Of a stretch of 64,000 nt of DNA, positions 1 to 10,433 are shown one piece after another. Location: contig CAVQFQ010000017.1 in NCBI GenBank assembly GCA_963711835.1, positions 706,189 to 770,188 on the forward strand. Reading direction: 5' to 3'. The stretch comes from an uncultured delta proteobacterium. Its GTDB lineage: Bacteria > Desulfobacterota > RBG-13-43-22. The number at the start of each line of letters is the position of its first letter. Position 1 is the first letter of the stretch. Position numbers and translations under genes: made by a program. Below the pieces are notes generated by a model. That model made no database searches. It saw nothing but the letters and a program-made list of their open reading frames with translations, and was not told where the DNA came from.

Positions 1-22
1 CCCCTTTTCAGGGAGTTGCTTA

Positions 23-1195
23 ATGAAAATACATGAATACCAGGCCAAGAAAATATTTTTTAAGTACGGCATCCCGGTCCCTAAAGGGAATGTCGCCCTC
101 TCGATGGAAGAAGCCGTTCAGGTGTCCCGGGAAATCGGGCGGCCGCCGTATGTGATCAAAGCCCAGATCCAGGCCGGGGGACGGGGAAAGGGCGGAGGGG
201 TAAAAACAGCCCGAAGTCTGGACGAAGTGGAAACCATCTCGAAAGAGATCTTAGGCATGACCCTGGTGACCCACCAAACCGGATCGGAAGGGAAAAAGGT
301 CCGCAAGATCCTGGTTGAGGCGGGTCTGGAAATTGAAAAAGAAATCTACCTTGGAATTACCATGGACCGCTCCCGGGCCTGCCCGGCCATCATGGTCAGT
401 CCGGTCGGGGGTATGGACATTGAAGAGGTGGCTGACAAGACCCCCCACCTGATTCAAAGGGAATGGATCGACCCCTCGGTAGGCTTCCAGGCTTTTCAGG
501 CCCGTAACCTGATCTACGGCCTGCCCCTTTCCCCACCGGGGATTAAAGCCGCTTTGGCCTTATTAACCCAATTGGTGGCCCTCTTTCATGATTACGACTG
601 TTCCCTTCTGGAGATCAATCCCTTGGTCACTACCCGGGATGACCGCTTAATCGCCTTGGATGCCAAAATAAAATTTGATGATAATGCCCTTTTCCGGCAT
701 AAGGATCTGCTGGACCTTATTGATCCTCATGAACAGGATTCCCTGGAATTGGAGGCTAACCGATACAACCTCAATTATATCCGTTTGAACGGGAACATCG
801 GAGTCATGGTTAATGGGGCGGGTCTGGCCATGGGCACCATGGACCTGATAAAACTCTATGGGGGGGAACCGGCTAATTTCCTGGACGTCGGCGGCGGCGC
901 CAATGCCGAGACGATCGCCAAGGGATTTAAGATAATTTTATCGGATGAACGGGTCCGGGCGATTCTGGTCAATATTTTCGGGGGTATTTTACGCTGTGAT
1001 ATTTTGGCCGAAGGGTTGATTGAGGCCGCCCGAAAGATGCATATCAAAGTCCCCCTGATTATTCGTTTAGAGGGCACCAATGTGGAGAAAGGCCTGGCCA
1101 TGCTCAATCAATCCGGTCTGGATTTTATGGTAGCTCAGACCATGGGCGAAGCGGCTCAGAAAATCAGTGAGTTGGTAACCAATAAACTTAGTTAA
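23..1195 (+). CDS. sucC: Succinate-CoA ligase (ADP-forming) beta subunit
   Basis: MKIHEYQAK start, KAQIQAGGRGKGGGVK, NGAGLAM and PANFLDVGGGA motifs; RBS gggag upstream. Confidence 0.96.
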   Translation: MKIHEYQAKKIFFKYGIPVPKGNVALSMEEAVQVSREIGRPPYVIKAQIQAGGRGKGGGVKTARSLDEVETISKEILGMTLVTHQTGSEGKKVRKILVEAGLEIEKEIYLGITMDRSRACPAIMVSPVGGMDIEEVADKTPHLIQREWIDPSVGFQAFQARNLIYGLPLSPPGIKAALALLTQLVALFHDYDCSLLEINPLVTTRDDRLIALDAKIKFDDNALFRHKDLLDLIDPHEQDSLELEANRYNLNYIRLNGNIGVMVNGAGLAMGTMDLIKLYGGEPANFLDVGGGANAETIAKGFKIILSDERVRAILVNIFGGILRCDILAEGLIEAARKMHIKVPLIIRLEGTNVEKGLAMLNQSGLDFMVAQTMGEAAQKISELVTNKLS

Positions 1196-1205
1196 GGATT
1201 AGACG

Positions 1206-2078
1206 ATGAGCATATTAGTCGGAAAAGACAGTCGTGTTCTGGTTCAGGGCATTACGGGCCGGGAGGGAAGTTTTCACACGCAGCAGATGGTTAACTACGG
1301 CACCCGGGTCGTGGCCGGTGTAACTCCTGGAAAATCCGGCCAGATCATGGAAGGGGTGCCTGTTTTTAATACCGTTGCCGAGGCGGTGCGGGAAGAGGGG
1401 GCGAATGTTTCCATCATCTTTGTCCCTCCGGCCTTTGCCGCCGATGCCATCATGGAGGCCGTGGCCTCAGGGGTCGGGGTCATTGTCTGCATCACCGAAG
1501 GAATACCCACCCTGGATATGGTCCGGGTCAAACACTATCTAAAGGATAAACCCTCGGTTTTGATCGGCCCCAACTGCCCGGGCATCATTACCCCCGGGGC
1601 CTGTAAGGCGGGCATTATGCCCGGCTACATTTTTAAAGCCGGCGGAATCGGGGTGATCTCGCGCAGCGGCACCCTGACCTATGAGGTGGTGGATCAGATT
1701 ACCAACCAGGATTTAGGGCAATCCACCTGCATCGGCATAGGAGGGGACCCGATCATCGGCCTTTCCTTTATTGAACTGTTAACCTATTTCAGGGAGGACG
1801 ATCAAACCCAGGGGGTTGTCCTGATCGGGGAAATCGGGGGTAGCGCCGAAGAGGAAGCGGCCCGATTTATCCAGGAGAAATTCCCTAAACCGGTGGTCAC
1901 GTTTATTGCCGGTCAAACCGCCCCGCCGGGGAGACGAATGGGCCATGCCGGAGCTATCATCTCAGGCAAGTCCGGCACGGCTCAAGAGAAGATGGCTGTC
2001 CTGGAAGCCGCCGGGATACGGGTGGTCATGGATCTGACCAAGGTCGGACAGGTGGTCCGGGACGTGATGAAGGGTTGA
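1206..2078 (+). CDS. sucD: Succinate-CoA ligase alpha subunit
   Basis: [22 protein letters not shown] and phospho-His motif MGHAGAI; follows sucC. Confidence 0.96.
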   Translation: MSILVGKDSRVLVQGITGREGSFHTQQMVNYGTRVVAGVTPGKSGQIMEGVPVFNTVAEAVREEGANVSIIFVPPAFAADAIMEAVASGVGVIVCITEGIPTLDMVRVKHYLKDKPSVLIGPNCPGIITPGACKAGIMPGYIFKAGGIGVISRSGTLTYEVVDQITNQDLGQSTCIGIGGDPIIGLSFIELLTYFREDDQTQGVVLIGEIGGSAEEEAARFIQEKFPKPVVTFIAGQTAPPGRRMGHAGAIISGKSGTAQEKMAVLEAAGIRVVMDLTKVGQVVRDVMKG

Positions 2079-2087
2079 TAAAAAGAC

Positions 2088-2182
2088 GATACTGGTTGAT
2101 TGGTTCTGGATACTTGATAAGAAAAAACTTTCTGTAAATTACAAGACCTAACAACTGGCATCCAGTATCCAGCATCCAGTAT
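2088..2182. repeat. Degenerate heptamer tandem repeats arranged as an inverted pair
   Basis: gatactgg/ggatacttgat on the left; catccag-tatccag-catccag-tatc on the right. Confidence 0.55.
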
Positions 2183-2191
2183 CGGAAATTT

Positions 2192-2755
2192 ATGAAATTA
2201 CTCCTCCACATCTGCTGTGCCCCCTGCACTATCTACCCCTTGGAACAGTTGCGCAATCAGGCTATCCAGGTAACCGGCTATTTTTTTAATCCCAATATCC
2301 ATCCCTACCGGGAATACCGGAAACGAAGAGCCACCCTGGAGGCGTACAGCCGAGGCGTAGGTTTGCAGGTTCTGTACAATGACCGTTACGATTTGGAATT
2401 TTTTCTAAACAACACCTTGCCCCTGGGTCCTGATCGTTGCCGGTTTTGTTATACCGTTCGATTGCAGGAAGCGGCCCAAGAGGCTAAAAAACAAGGCCAG
2501 GAGGCCTTTAGCACCACCCTCTTGTACAGTCGCTATCAGAAGCATGACTGGATTAGAGAGGTCGGTGAAGAGATCAGTACCAAGGAAGTGATTCCATTCT
2601 TCTACGAGGATTTTCGCGCCGGTTGGAGAGAAGGTATCGAGGCCTCCAAGTCCCTGGGCTTATACCGACAACCCTATTGCGGCTGCATTTTCAGCGAGCG
2701 TGATCGCTTTGCCCCCCTAAAAGGATCCCAGAGGCCGCAGGCTGTTACTTTTTAG
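2192..2755 (+). CDS. queH: Epoxyqueuosine reductase QueH (DUF208)
   Basis: LLLHICCAPC, FFNPNIHP, RCxxC and YRQPYCGCIFS motifs. Confidence 0.92.
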   Translation: MKLLLHICCAPCTIYPLEQLRNQAIQVTGYFFNPNIHPYREYRKRRATLEAYSRGVGLQVLYNDRYDLEFFLNNTLPLGPDRCRFCYTVRLQEAAQEAKKQGQEAFSTTLLYSRYQKHDWIREVGEEISTKEVIPFFYEDFRAGWREGIEASKSLGLYRQPYCGCIFSERDRFAPLKGSQRPQAVTF

Positions 2756-2878
2756 CCCCCCTTAAAATGGACCTTTTGGTCCGCCCCATGAACATTTTGG
2801 TCATTTTTTGTCTTGTTTTTAACCCCCATTAAAACCGCATCATCATAAATTTGACTGTAAAAACAATTAGCTATAGTT

Positions 2879-2896
2879 CAGGTATCATTTTTGCTA
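2879..2896 (+). promoter_or_regulatory. Putative sigma54 (-24/-12) promoter of TPR lipoprotein gene
   Basis: caGGtatcatttttGCta: GG-N10-GC with TTGC at -12. Confidence 0.55.
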
Positions 2897-2959
2897 ATCC
2901 ATCCAAGAGGGTATATAATATCAGGGCAAGCTAACCCATAAAAAAACCAGGAGGGGCTG

Positions 2960-5242
2960 ATGAAATTACCGGAAAGGAATAGGCTCGGCATCCTTTGTTT
3001 AATCATATGCTTTGGATTGGTAGGGGGTCTTCAGGGATGCAGCAAAGAGGCCAAACTGGAACGGCATTGGAAGAAGGGAGAAAAATATCTCTCTGAAAAC
3101 AAGATCAATGAGGCCATCATTGAATTTAAAAATGTAATCCAGCTTAATCCCAAGGATGCCAAGGCCCATCATAAATTGGGGCTGTCCTACCTAAAGGTCG
3201 GCAATCCCCGGGCCGCCTTCTCTGAATTTACCAAAGCGGTGGATATAGATCCGGCCCTGATCGAGGCCCGCCTGCAGTTGGGTTATCTTTATCTCTTGGC
3301 CAGGGACATCCCCAAAGCCAGGGAGCAGACAGCAAAAATCTTTCAGAAAGAACCCGAGAATGCCCAGGCTTTTCTCTTAAAAAGTTCCGTCTCGGTGGCT
3401 GAAAACAATACCGATCAAGCGGTGCTTGAAACCAAAAAGGCTATCGAAAAGGAGCCCAAGAAGGTGGAGGCCTACCTCCAGTTAGCCAACATTTACCTGC
3501 TCAAAAAAGATCTCCCGCAAGCGGAAACGATCTTTAAGGAAGCGGTCCGAATAGACCCTAAATCAGTAAAAGCCCGTTACGCCCTGGCCGGTTTTTATCA
3601 GCGGGCCGGGAAAAAGGAACAGGCGGAAGCGGAATTTATTGAGGTTACCAGGATGGATCCCAAGGATGTGGGGGCCTGGACCGTCCTGGGAAATTTTTAT
3701 GCCTCCGTCAGCAAGCCGGAAGAGGCGGAAAAGCAGTTCCAGAAGGCTATCGAGGCCGACCCTAAACGGATTGCCTCCCGACTGCATTTGGGTGATTTTT
3801 ACCTGGCCTGGAAGAAGAAGGAGAAGGCCATCGAAACCTATCAGAAGGCCATCGATGAAGATTCCAAAAATATACCGGCCCGGGCCCGACTGGCGGATAT
3901 TTATCTGAAAGATCAAAAACAGGATAAGGCCTCGGAGTTGATCGAAAAGATCCTGAAGATCAATGCCAAAAGCCATGAGGGGATCTTCCTTAAGGGCAGG
4001 TTACTGCTGGCCAAGAAGGAGTATCGGGAAGCCATTACCCTTTTACAGAATTATTTGAAGGAATACCCCAAGGCCCCAATGGGCCATTATTACCTGGCTC
4101 TGGCCCATATGGGGAATAAAGATGTCCAACAGGCCAAAACGGAACTGGCTGAAGCCGTTAAGCTCAATCCCCGCTATATTGAAGCCCGACTGGTGCTGGC
4201 CGATTTGCAAGCCAAATCCGGGGCTCAGGACCTGGCTATCGAACAGGCGCAAGAAATCCTGAAGTTGAACCCCCGGGTCACCCAGGCCCAAATGATTATG
4301 GCCAATGCCTACTTGGCGAAAAAGGATATTCCCAAGGCAGCTAAAACCGCCGAGGATATGATTCAGGGCGCACCCAATAATCCGGTGGGGTATTACGAGT
4401 TGGGGCGTGTTTTTCTGCTCCAGAAAAAAGACAAGGAAGCCCAGGCCCAATTGGAGAAGGCCATTTCCCTGCAGCCCAATTTCCTGGAGGCCTTGAACCT
4501 GCTGGTAGGCATCGATGTGAGCCGGAAAGACTATAAGAAGGCCTTGGAGCGAATCGACGCCCAGATTAAGAAGTCACCTAAAAACCCCTATTTTTACAAT
4601 ATGCAGGCCCGTGTGCAGGAGTTGAGCAAGGACCTGGTCCAGGCCGAAGCCTCGTATAAAAAAGCGATCGAGATGAACTCGAATATCCCGGGGTTTCACT
4701 TATCTTTGGGCAGTTTTTATATGCGCCAGAAGATGGTGGATAAGGCCCAAGCCGAGTTCAATACGGTTTTGCAAAAGGATCCCAATTCGCTGATGGCCTT
4801 AATGGGGCTGGGTATTATTTACGAAGGACAGAAGCAATATGACAAGGCGAAGGAGTTACTCCAGAAGGCCTTGAAGGTCAATCCCAAGTTTGCCCCGGCA
4901 GCAAATAACCTGGCCTACATCTTTGCGGAGCGCAATGAAAATATCGATCAAGCCCTGACCCTGGCCCAGGGGGTCAAGGAGCAGTTTCCGGAGGATCCGG
5001 CTATCTCCGATACCCTGGGATGGGTCTATTATAAGAAAAATATTTATACCCGGGCCATCGTCTATTGCAAGGAGGCGGCAGAGAAATTAGCCAACCAACC
5101 GGTAGTTCACTACCATCTGGGGATGGCCTATTATAAAAACGGCAATAAGGACCTGGCCCGAAAAGAGCTACAAAAGGCTCTGGAGCTGGATCCGAAATTT
5201 ACCGGGGCGGAAGAGGCCAAGGCGGCGCTTCAAAAGATTTAA
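2960..5242 (+). CDS. Multi-TPR lipoprotein (PrsT/PEP-CTERM-system-like)
   Basis: Lipobox-like LQGC after hydrophobic stretch; TPR repeats throughout; C-terminal AANNLAY...DTLGWVYY...YHLGMAY typical of PrsT-like proteins; RBS aggaggg. Confidence 0.85.
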   Translation: MKLPERNRLGILCLIICFGLVGGLQGCSKEAKLERHWKKGEKYLSENKINEAIIEFKNVIQLNPKDAKAHHKLGLSYLKVGNPRAAFSEFTKAVDIDPALIEARLQLGYLYLLARDIPKAREQTAKIFQKEPENAQAFLLKSSVSVAENNTDQAVLETKKAIEKEPKKVEAYLQLANIYLLKKDLPQAETIFKEAVRIDPKSVKARYALAGFYQRAGKKEQAEAEFIEVTRMDPKDVGAWTVLGNFYASVSKPEEAEKQFQKAIEADPKRIASRLHLGDFYLAWKKKEKAIETYQKAIDEDSKNIPARARLADIYLKDQKQDKASELIEKILKINAKSHEGIFLKGRLLLAKKEYREAITLLQNYLKEYPKAPMGHYYLALAHMGNKDVQQAKTELAEAVKLNPRYIEARLVLADLQAKSGAQDLAIEQAQEILKLNPRVTQAQMIMANAYLAKKDIPKAAKTAEDMIQGAPNNPVGYYELGRVFLLQKKDKEAQAQLEKAISLQPNFLEALNLLVGIDVSRKDYKKALERIDAQIKKSPKNPYFYNMQARVQELSKDLVQAEASYKKAIEMNSNIPGFHLSLGSFYMRQKMVDKAQAEFNTVLQKDPNSLMALMGLGIIYEGQKQYDKAKELLQKALKVNPKFAPAANNLAYIFAERNENIDQALTLAQGVKEQFPEDPAISDTLGWVYYKKNIYTRAIVYCKEAAEKLANQPVVHYHLGMAYYKNGNKDLARKELQKALELDPKFTGAEEAKAALQKI

Positions 5243-5416
5243 AGAAAATCGGGTGTTGGATCACGAATCCAAGTTGAGCCTTGTGGGGGGGGATGGGCCA
5301 CTTTTTGTACCCTTTAGACATTTTTTGTAGAGGACGGCCAAGCGTGACTCCAACAAAAAAATCCCTATCCCAAGATAACGAATTTGATTTGCACCACATT
5401 TTTCTTGCCAATTTAG

Positions 5417-5433
5417 AAGGTATAGATTTTGCA
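5417..5433 (+). promoter_or_regulatory. Putative sigma54 (-24/-12) promoter upstream of riboswitch
   Basis: aaGGtatagattttGCa: GG-N10-GC; about 40 nt before riboswitch P1. Confidence 0.55.
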
Positions 5434-5474
5434 TTCCGGTAGCTCACCATAAAAAATATACCATAAAAAAGGGT

Positions 5475-5574
5475 ATTCACCTGAAAAAGGCAAACCATCC
5501 GAAAGGGTGGGACGCAAAGCCACTGGCCTAAATCCGGAAATCTCCGGGCAGGGCGGCAGGGTCGCCAGGCGAAT
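5475..5574 (+). ncRNA. Cyclic di-GMP-I (GEMM) riboswitch
   Basis: ggcaaaccatccgaaagggtgggacgcaaagcc...ggcctaa closely matches the GEMM-I core; P1 attcacctg (5475-5483) pairs with caggcgaat (5566-5574); G at position-20 equivalent. Confidence 0.93.
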
Positions 5575-5631
5575 GCAGTGACCTCCGAGGTCTGCATCTC
5601 GCTGAAGAGGTGTCGACAAGGAGGTACGGCA

Positions 5632-8600
5632 ATGAAAGGTTTATTTCCCTTAAGGAAACGGGTTTTCTCTCCCTTTTCCCAAGTTCTCTCTCTCTTCCTT
5701 TTTCTTTTCTCCCTTGTTTTTTTCTCTCCATCAACCGGTTTTTCAGCCCAGGTCTCATTAGCCTGGGACCCCAATACCGAACCCAATCTGGCCAGGTATA
5801 AACTCCAATACGGGACTTCTTCAAGGAACTACAACCAAATCATAGATACCGGGCTTAATGTGACTCGGACCGTAACCAATTTAAACGACGGGTTAACCTA
5901 TTATTTTGCAGTTACGGCTGAAAATACTGAAGGCGCCAGCAGTGCTTACTCCAATGAGGTGACTTTTTCAGCGCCGGCCCAGACTACCTATAGTTTGACC
6001 ATTTCCAAAAACGGGACCGGAACCGGGACGGTTTCGAATAATCCTTCCGGTACCACCTTCAATGCCGGCACGGCAGTCACTTTGACGGCCACTCCGGATG
6101 CCAGCTCGGTCTTTGGGAGCTGGTCAGGAGGTGGCTGCAGCGGGACAAGCCCGACCTGCACGGTGACCATGAGCGCCAATACTTCGGTAACGGCCACCTT
6201 TACTGTCAAGACCTTTACTGTTACTGCCGGCTCCGTGACCAATGGGACCATCAGTCCTTCAGGGGCAACGACGGTCAATTACGGCGCCAGCCGGACCTAT
6301 ACGATTACCCCTGCCGCGGGCTACGGTGTGACCGGCGTAACGGTGGACGGCAGTTCCGTGGGGGCGGTAAGCAGTTACACCTTCAGCAATGTCACGGCCA
6401 ACCATGCCATCTCAGCCTACTTTTGCGGCCAATACCTATACCTTGACCATTTCCAAAAATGGGACCGGAACCGGGACGGTAACCAATAATCCTTCCGGTA
6501 CCACCTTCAATGCCGGCACGGCAGTGACTTTGACGGCCACTCCGGATGCCAGCTCGGTCTTTGGAGGCTGGTCGGGAGGTGGCTGCAGCGGGACCAGTCC
6601 GACCTGCACGGTGACCATGAACGCCAACACCTCGGTAACGGCCACCTTTACTGTCAAGACCTTTACTGTTACTGCCGGCTCCGTGACCAATGGGACCATT
6701 AGTCCTTCAGGGGCAACGACGGTCAATTACGGCGCCAGCCGGACCTATACGATTACCCCTGCCGCGGGCTACGGTGTGACCGGCGTAACGGTGGACGGCA
6801 GTTCCGTGGGGGCGGTAAGCAGTTACACCTTCAGCAATGTCACGGCCAACCATGGCATCTCAGCCACTTTTGCGGCCAACACCTATACCCTGACCATCAA
6901 CAAAGCCGGAAATGGGAACGGCACGGTAACCAATAACCTTTCCGGATCGAATGTCATCAGCGGAACCGTGGTCTCTCTTACGGCCCTGCCCGATTCCAGC
7001 TCGGTATTTGGGGGCTGGTCCGGAGCCTGCAGCGGGACCAGCCAGACCTGCACCGTGACCATGAGCGCCAATGCCTCGGTAACGGCCACCTTCCTGCTGG
7101 AGACCAACAAGCCCGTATCTTCAATCAGCCAGCCCACCGGCGGTGCCACCATCCCCAAATCAACCTACACCATTAAAGGTACGGCCGACGATCGGAGTGG
7201 CTCGGGAATTCAGAAAGTTGAAGTCTCCCTTGACAATGGGCAAACCTGGAAACCGGCTTCAGGGACAGGCTCCTGGAGCTATGGCTGGCAGATTCCGGCA
7301 GCCGGCACGTATCTCTTAAAAAGCCGGGCAACGGATCTGGTGGGGAACAGGGAAGACCCGGCGGCCGGAGTCAGTGTTACGGTCTTATCCTATCAGCCCA
7401 CGCCAGTGCAGGTCAGCGGCCGGCAGTTGCTGGTAAAAGGGACTCCGTTTACAGTAAAAGGGGTGGTTTATTCCCCGACACCCGTAGGGGATGACCCCTC
7501 ATCGGATTCTCCGTACGGAGATTATTTCACGACTAATTTCAGTGCGATTCATGACCGCGACCTCCCGGTCCTCCGGGAACTGGGTGCCAATGCCCTCCGA
7601 TTGCCTTATTGGGATAATGCGGCCGATCACCATCAATTCCTGGATAAGGCCTATAATGGCGGGATCAATCCGATCTATGTCATCGCGGGCTACTGGATCG
7701 ACAAAGGACTTGAACTCGATCCTCAATCCACATCGAATGTCCGGGAACACATCAAATCCGATTTCAGGCAGATGGTGGCCCTGCATAAGGACCATCCGGC
7801 CATCCTGATGTGGTCGATCGGCAGCGACCTGAATGATGCCGGGGCCTATGCGACGGCTGAATTACCCCATCTCTTCAGCCTGATGGATGAAATGGCTTTC
7901 GAGGTCCGGACCGAGGAAGGACCGAATTTCCATCCCGTGACGACGGCCTTAAATGATCAGGATCTGATCAATACCATAAGCGCTTTTGAGGGTTCCGTTC
8001 CCAACTTGGGTTTGTGGGGAGCCAATGTTTACCGGGGAAACACCTTCGGGTCCCTCTTCGCCGATTTCGAACGAGCCAGTCAAAAGCCCTTGATCATCCT
8101 GGAATACGGTATCGATGCCTATGACCATACCAGGCGAACTGAATATGAATCCTTTCAGGCCGATTACGCCGAGCGCCTCTGGAAGGAGATTAAGGCCAAT
8201 TCCCAAGTCTGCCCGGGCGGTTCGATCAGGGAGTATTCCGACCAATGGTGGAAGGGCGCTTATTTCCCGGATGCGACTTGCACCCCGGATAATAATCCCG
8301 CCGGACAAGGGGCCTGCGGTTATGCTTCAATTGCTCAGCCGGATGGATTTGCCGATGAAGAATGGTGGGGATTAGTCAGAATGGTCCCCAGGGATTCGGG
8401 CCTGGACGGGATTGAACCACGGGCGGCTTATTCACGCCTTCAGCAGTTATGGCGTTCGGCAAGCCTTGATCTCATTTCCCCCAACGGCGGTCAAAGCCTG
8501 AGAGTCGGACGCTTCCAGTCCATCCGCTGGAATTACAGCGGAACTATCGGGTCATTGATTAAAATCGAACTTCTGAAGAAGGGGACAGTCTATCGAACCA

Positions 8601-8764
8601 TTGCTCAAAAAGCCTCCATAGGAAGCAATGGCAGCGGTTCATTTACCTGGTTTGTTCCCTTCTGGATTAAAACCGGATCGGATTATCAAATCCGAATTAC
8701 CAGTGTTGATAACAGCCAATATAAAGATACCAGTGATTCCACCTTCACCATTACAAACCGCTAA
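5632..8764 (+). CDS. Secreted multidomain protein: FN3 + InlB-B/Flg_new-type repeats + Ig-like + clan GH-A TIM barrel + C-terminal beta-sandwich; one +1 frameshift at ~6418
   Basis: RBS aaggaggt and ATG 5632; signal-like hydrophobic stretch; VSLAWDPN...YYFAVTA (FN3); repeat copy 1 reads ctcagccTacttttg vs copy 2 ctcagccacttttg, joining ORFs 5578-6489 and 6389-8764; KGVVYSPTPVG, HPAILMWSIG, EYGIDAYD GH motifs. Confidence 0.85.
5983..6895 (+). repeat. Near-identical intragenic tandem duplication (~447 bp unit, 2 copies; a diverged partial third copy follows)
   Basis: ttgaccatttccaaaaa(c/t)gggaccggaaccgggacgg recurs at ~5995 and ~6443; downstream sequence nearly identical. Confidence 0.9.
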
Positions 8765-8841
8765 AACCGGTTGGAGGACTAATCGTAAAAGGATTTAACC
8801 ACCATCCCCTTAGCGTCATAAGGGAGAAGGGGAACCGAGAG

Positions 8842-8892
8842 GAAGATACCCATCAAGAATCCCGCTGAGACGGGGTTCTTGATGGGTATTTC
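8842..8892. terminator. Long hairpin between convergent genes (probable terminator)
   Basis: atacccatcaagaatcccg-ctgaga-cggggttcttgatgggtat. Confidence 0.7.
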
Positions 8893-8936
8893 GAAGAATT
8901 AATCAACTCCCAAGGTGCTTTAGGACAGAGCAGGTC

Positions 8937-9083
8937 TTAGTCCAACCCCAACTCCTTTTCTATCTTCCTGATCAGCCTCTCCAATTCGACCTTTTCTTCA
9001 ACTTTTAATTTCCCATCAGCCAAACGCCTCTTTAAGGCCAGCAGTTGCTGGGCCGATCGGTACTCGGTGCAGGATTCGACCAT
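8937..9083 (-). CDS. Small hypothetical protein (48 aa, helical): MVESCTEYRSAQQLLALKRRLADGKLKVEEKVELERLIRKIEKELGLD
   Basis: Hand-translated ORF below the track cut-off; RBS gaaggga upstream; amphipathic charged helix. Confidence 0.65.
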   Translation of the reverse strand: MVESCTEYRSAQQLLALKRRLADGKLKVEEKVELERLIRKIEKELGLD

Positions 9084-9207
9084 AATCTTTATCCCTTCAT
9101 GGCATCTAAAAGAGTGTGAAGTGATTTCTTTCCTTTTATCGCATTATAATATGACCGGGCAAGTTAGATCAAGTCCGGGCCGGCCGGAAGGGGCACTTTC
9201 AAAATGG

Positions 9208-9237
9208 TTGACAAGGAAGGAACTATTGGATTATAAT
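9208..9237 (+). promoter_or_regulatory. Sigma70 promoter of dapA
   Basis: TTGACA-18 nt-TATAAT. Confidence 0.7.
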
Positions 9238-9361
9238 CGATTTTAGAAGGAAAAGCCGAAAGGGAAATAGAAGCGGCGGCTGTTTGCACACAATTACGAT
9301 TATAATTTTCTCCTCTCGTATAGCCTCGATCAACAATTAGAAAAAGATTGGGAGGTGTATC

Positions 9362-10264
9362 ATGGTCATAAAGGATTTTTCCGGGTGTCATATCCCGTTT
9401 GTGACCCCTTTCAAGGACGATTATTCCCTGGATGTGGAAGGTCTTCGCCGGTTGATCAACTATCTTATTGAAGAAGAAAAGGTGGACGGTTTGGTCCCCT
9501 GCGGAACCACCGGAGAATCTCCCACCCTGGATCATAAAGAACACAACCTGGTCATCGAAATCACGGTCAAGGAGGCCAGGGGGCGGGTGCCGGTGATTGC
9601 CGGAACCGGCTCCAACAGCACCCAGGAAGCCATCATGATGACCAAGCATGCCGAAGAAATTGGGGCCGATGCTACCCTGCAAGTCGGTCCTTATTATAAT
9701 AAACCGACTATGGACGGCATGCTGGCCCATTTCGAAGCCATAGCCAAGAACACCCAACTCCCGATCTTTATTTATAACATTCCCGGACGAACCGGACGCA
9801 ATATCGATCCCCAAACCATAATCAGGTTGTCGGAAATCGATAATATCATCGGGCTTAAAGACGCCTGCGGGGATATTACCCAGACCATGGAGATCATCGC
9901 CGGCACCAAACGAAAAGGGAAAACATTTTTCGTTTTATCCGGGGAGGATTCCCTGACCTATCCCTTAATGGCCTTGGGAGGGGACGGGGTTATCTGTGCC
10001 GTAGGCAATGTCATCGGCAAAGAATACGCCCAAATGTGCCGGCTGATGAAGCAGGGGAGGTGGGACGAAGCCCGGGATATCCATTACCAGACCCTGCCTT
10101 TGGTTAAGGCCCTCTTCATTGAAACCAACCCGGTGCCGGTAAAGGAAGCCATGCAGATGATGGGGCTTCCCTCCGGTCCCCCGCGCTTGCCTTTAGTGCC
10201 TATGAAACCGGCCAACAGGGAAAAAGTGCGCCAGGAACTGATTGCCGTGGGCAGGCTAAGATAG
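9362..10264 (+). CDS. dapA: 4-hydroxy-tetrahydrodipicolinate synthase
   Basis: GTTGES, PYYNKP, YNIPGRTG, catalytic Lys in IGLKDA, FIETNPVPVK. Confidence 0.93.
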   Translation: MVIKDFSGCHIPFVTPFKDDYSLDVEGLRRLINYLIEEEKVDGLVPCGTTGESPTLDHKEHNLVIEITVKEARGRVPVIAGTGSNSTQEAIMMTKHAEEIGADATLQVGPYYNKPTMDGMLAHFEAIAKNTQLPIFIYNIPGRTGRNIDPQTIIRLSEIDNIIGLKDACGDITQTMEIIAGTKRKGKTFFVLSGEDSLTYPLMALGGDGVICAVGNVIGKEYAQMCRLMKQGRWDEARDIHYQTLPLVKALFIETNPVPVKEAMQMMGLPSGPPRLPLVPMKPANREKVRQELIAVGRLR

Positions 10265-10433
10265 CTTATAGCCGATAACTCAAAGCTCATAGCAAAAGCT
10301 GATAACAATCGTAAGGCGTAAGGCGCGAGGCGTAACGCTCATAGCGGATAGCTCGCAGGTGATAGTCATTAAGGAAATATAGTGCTTTTGTTTTAGGATC
10401 TTAATGAATCGCTATAAGGAGAAAGATAAGGAA

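Noticed and set aside
5475-5574. Possible cGAMP-sensing GEMM-Ib variant
   Set aside because: Discriminator position (Vc2 G20 equivalent) is G (aaGGCAAA), favouring c-di-GMP
5199-5786. 195-aa minus-strand ORF
   Set aside because: Overlaps promoter, riboswitch and the FN3 gene start; no recognisable domain
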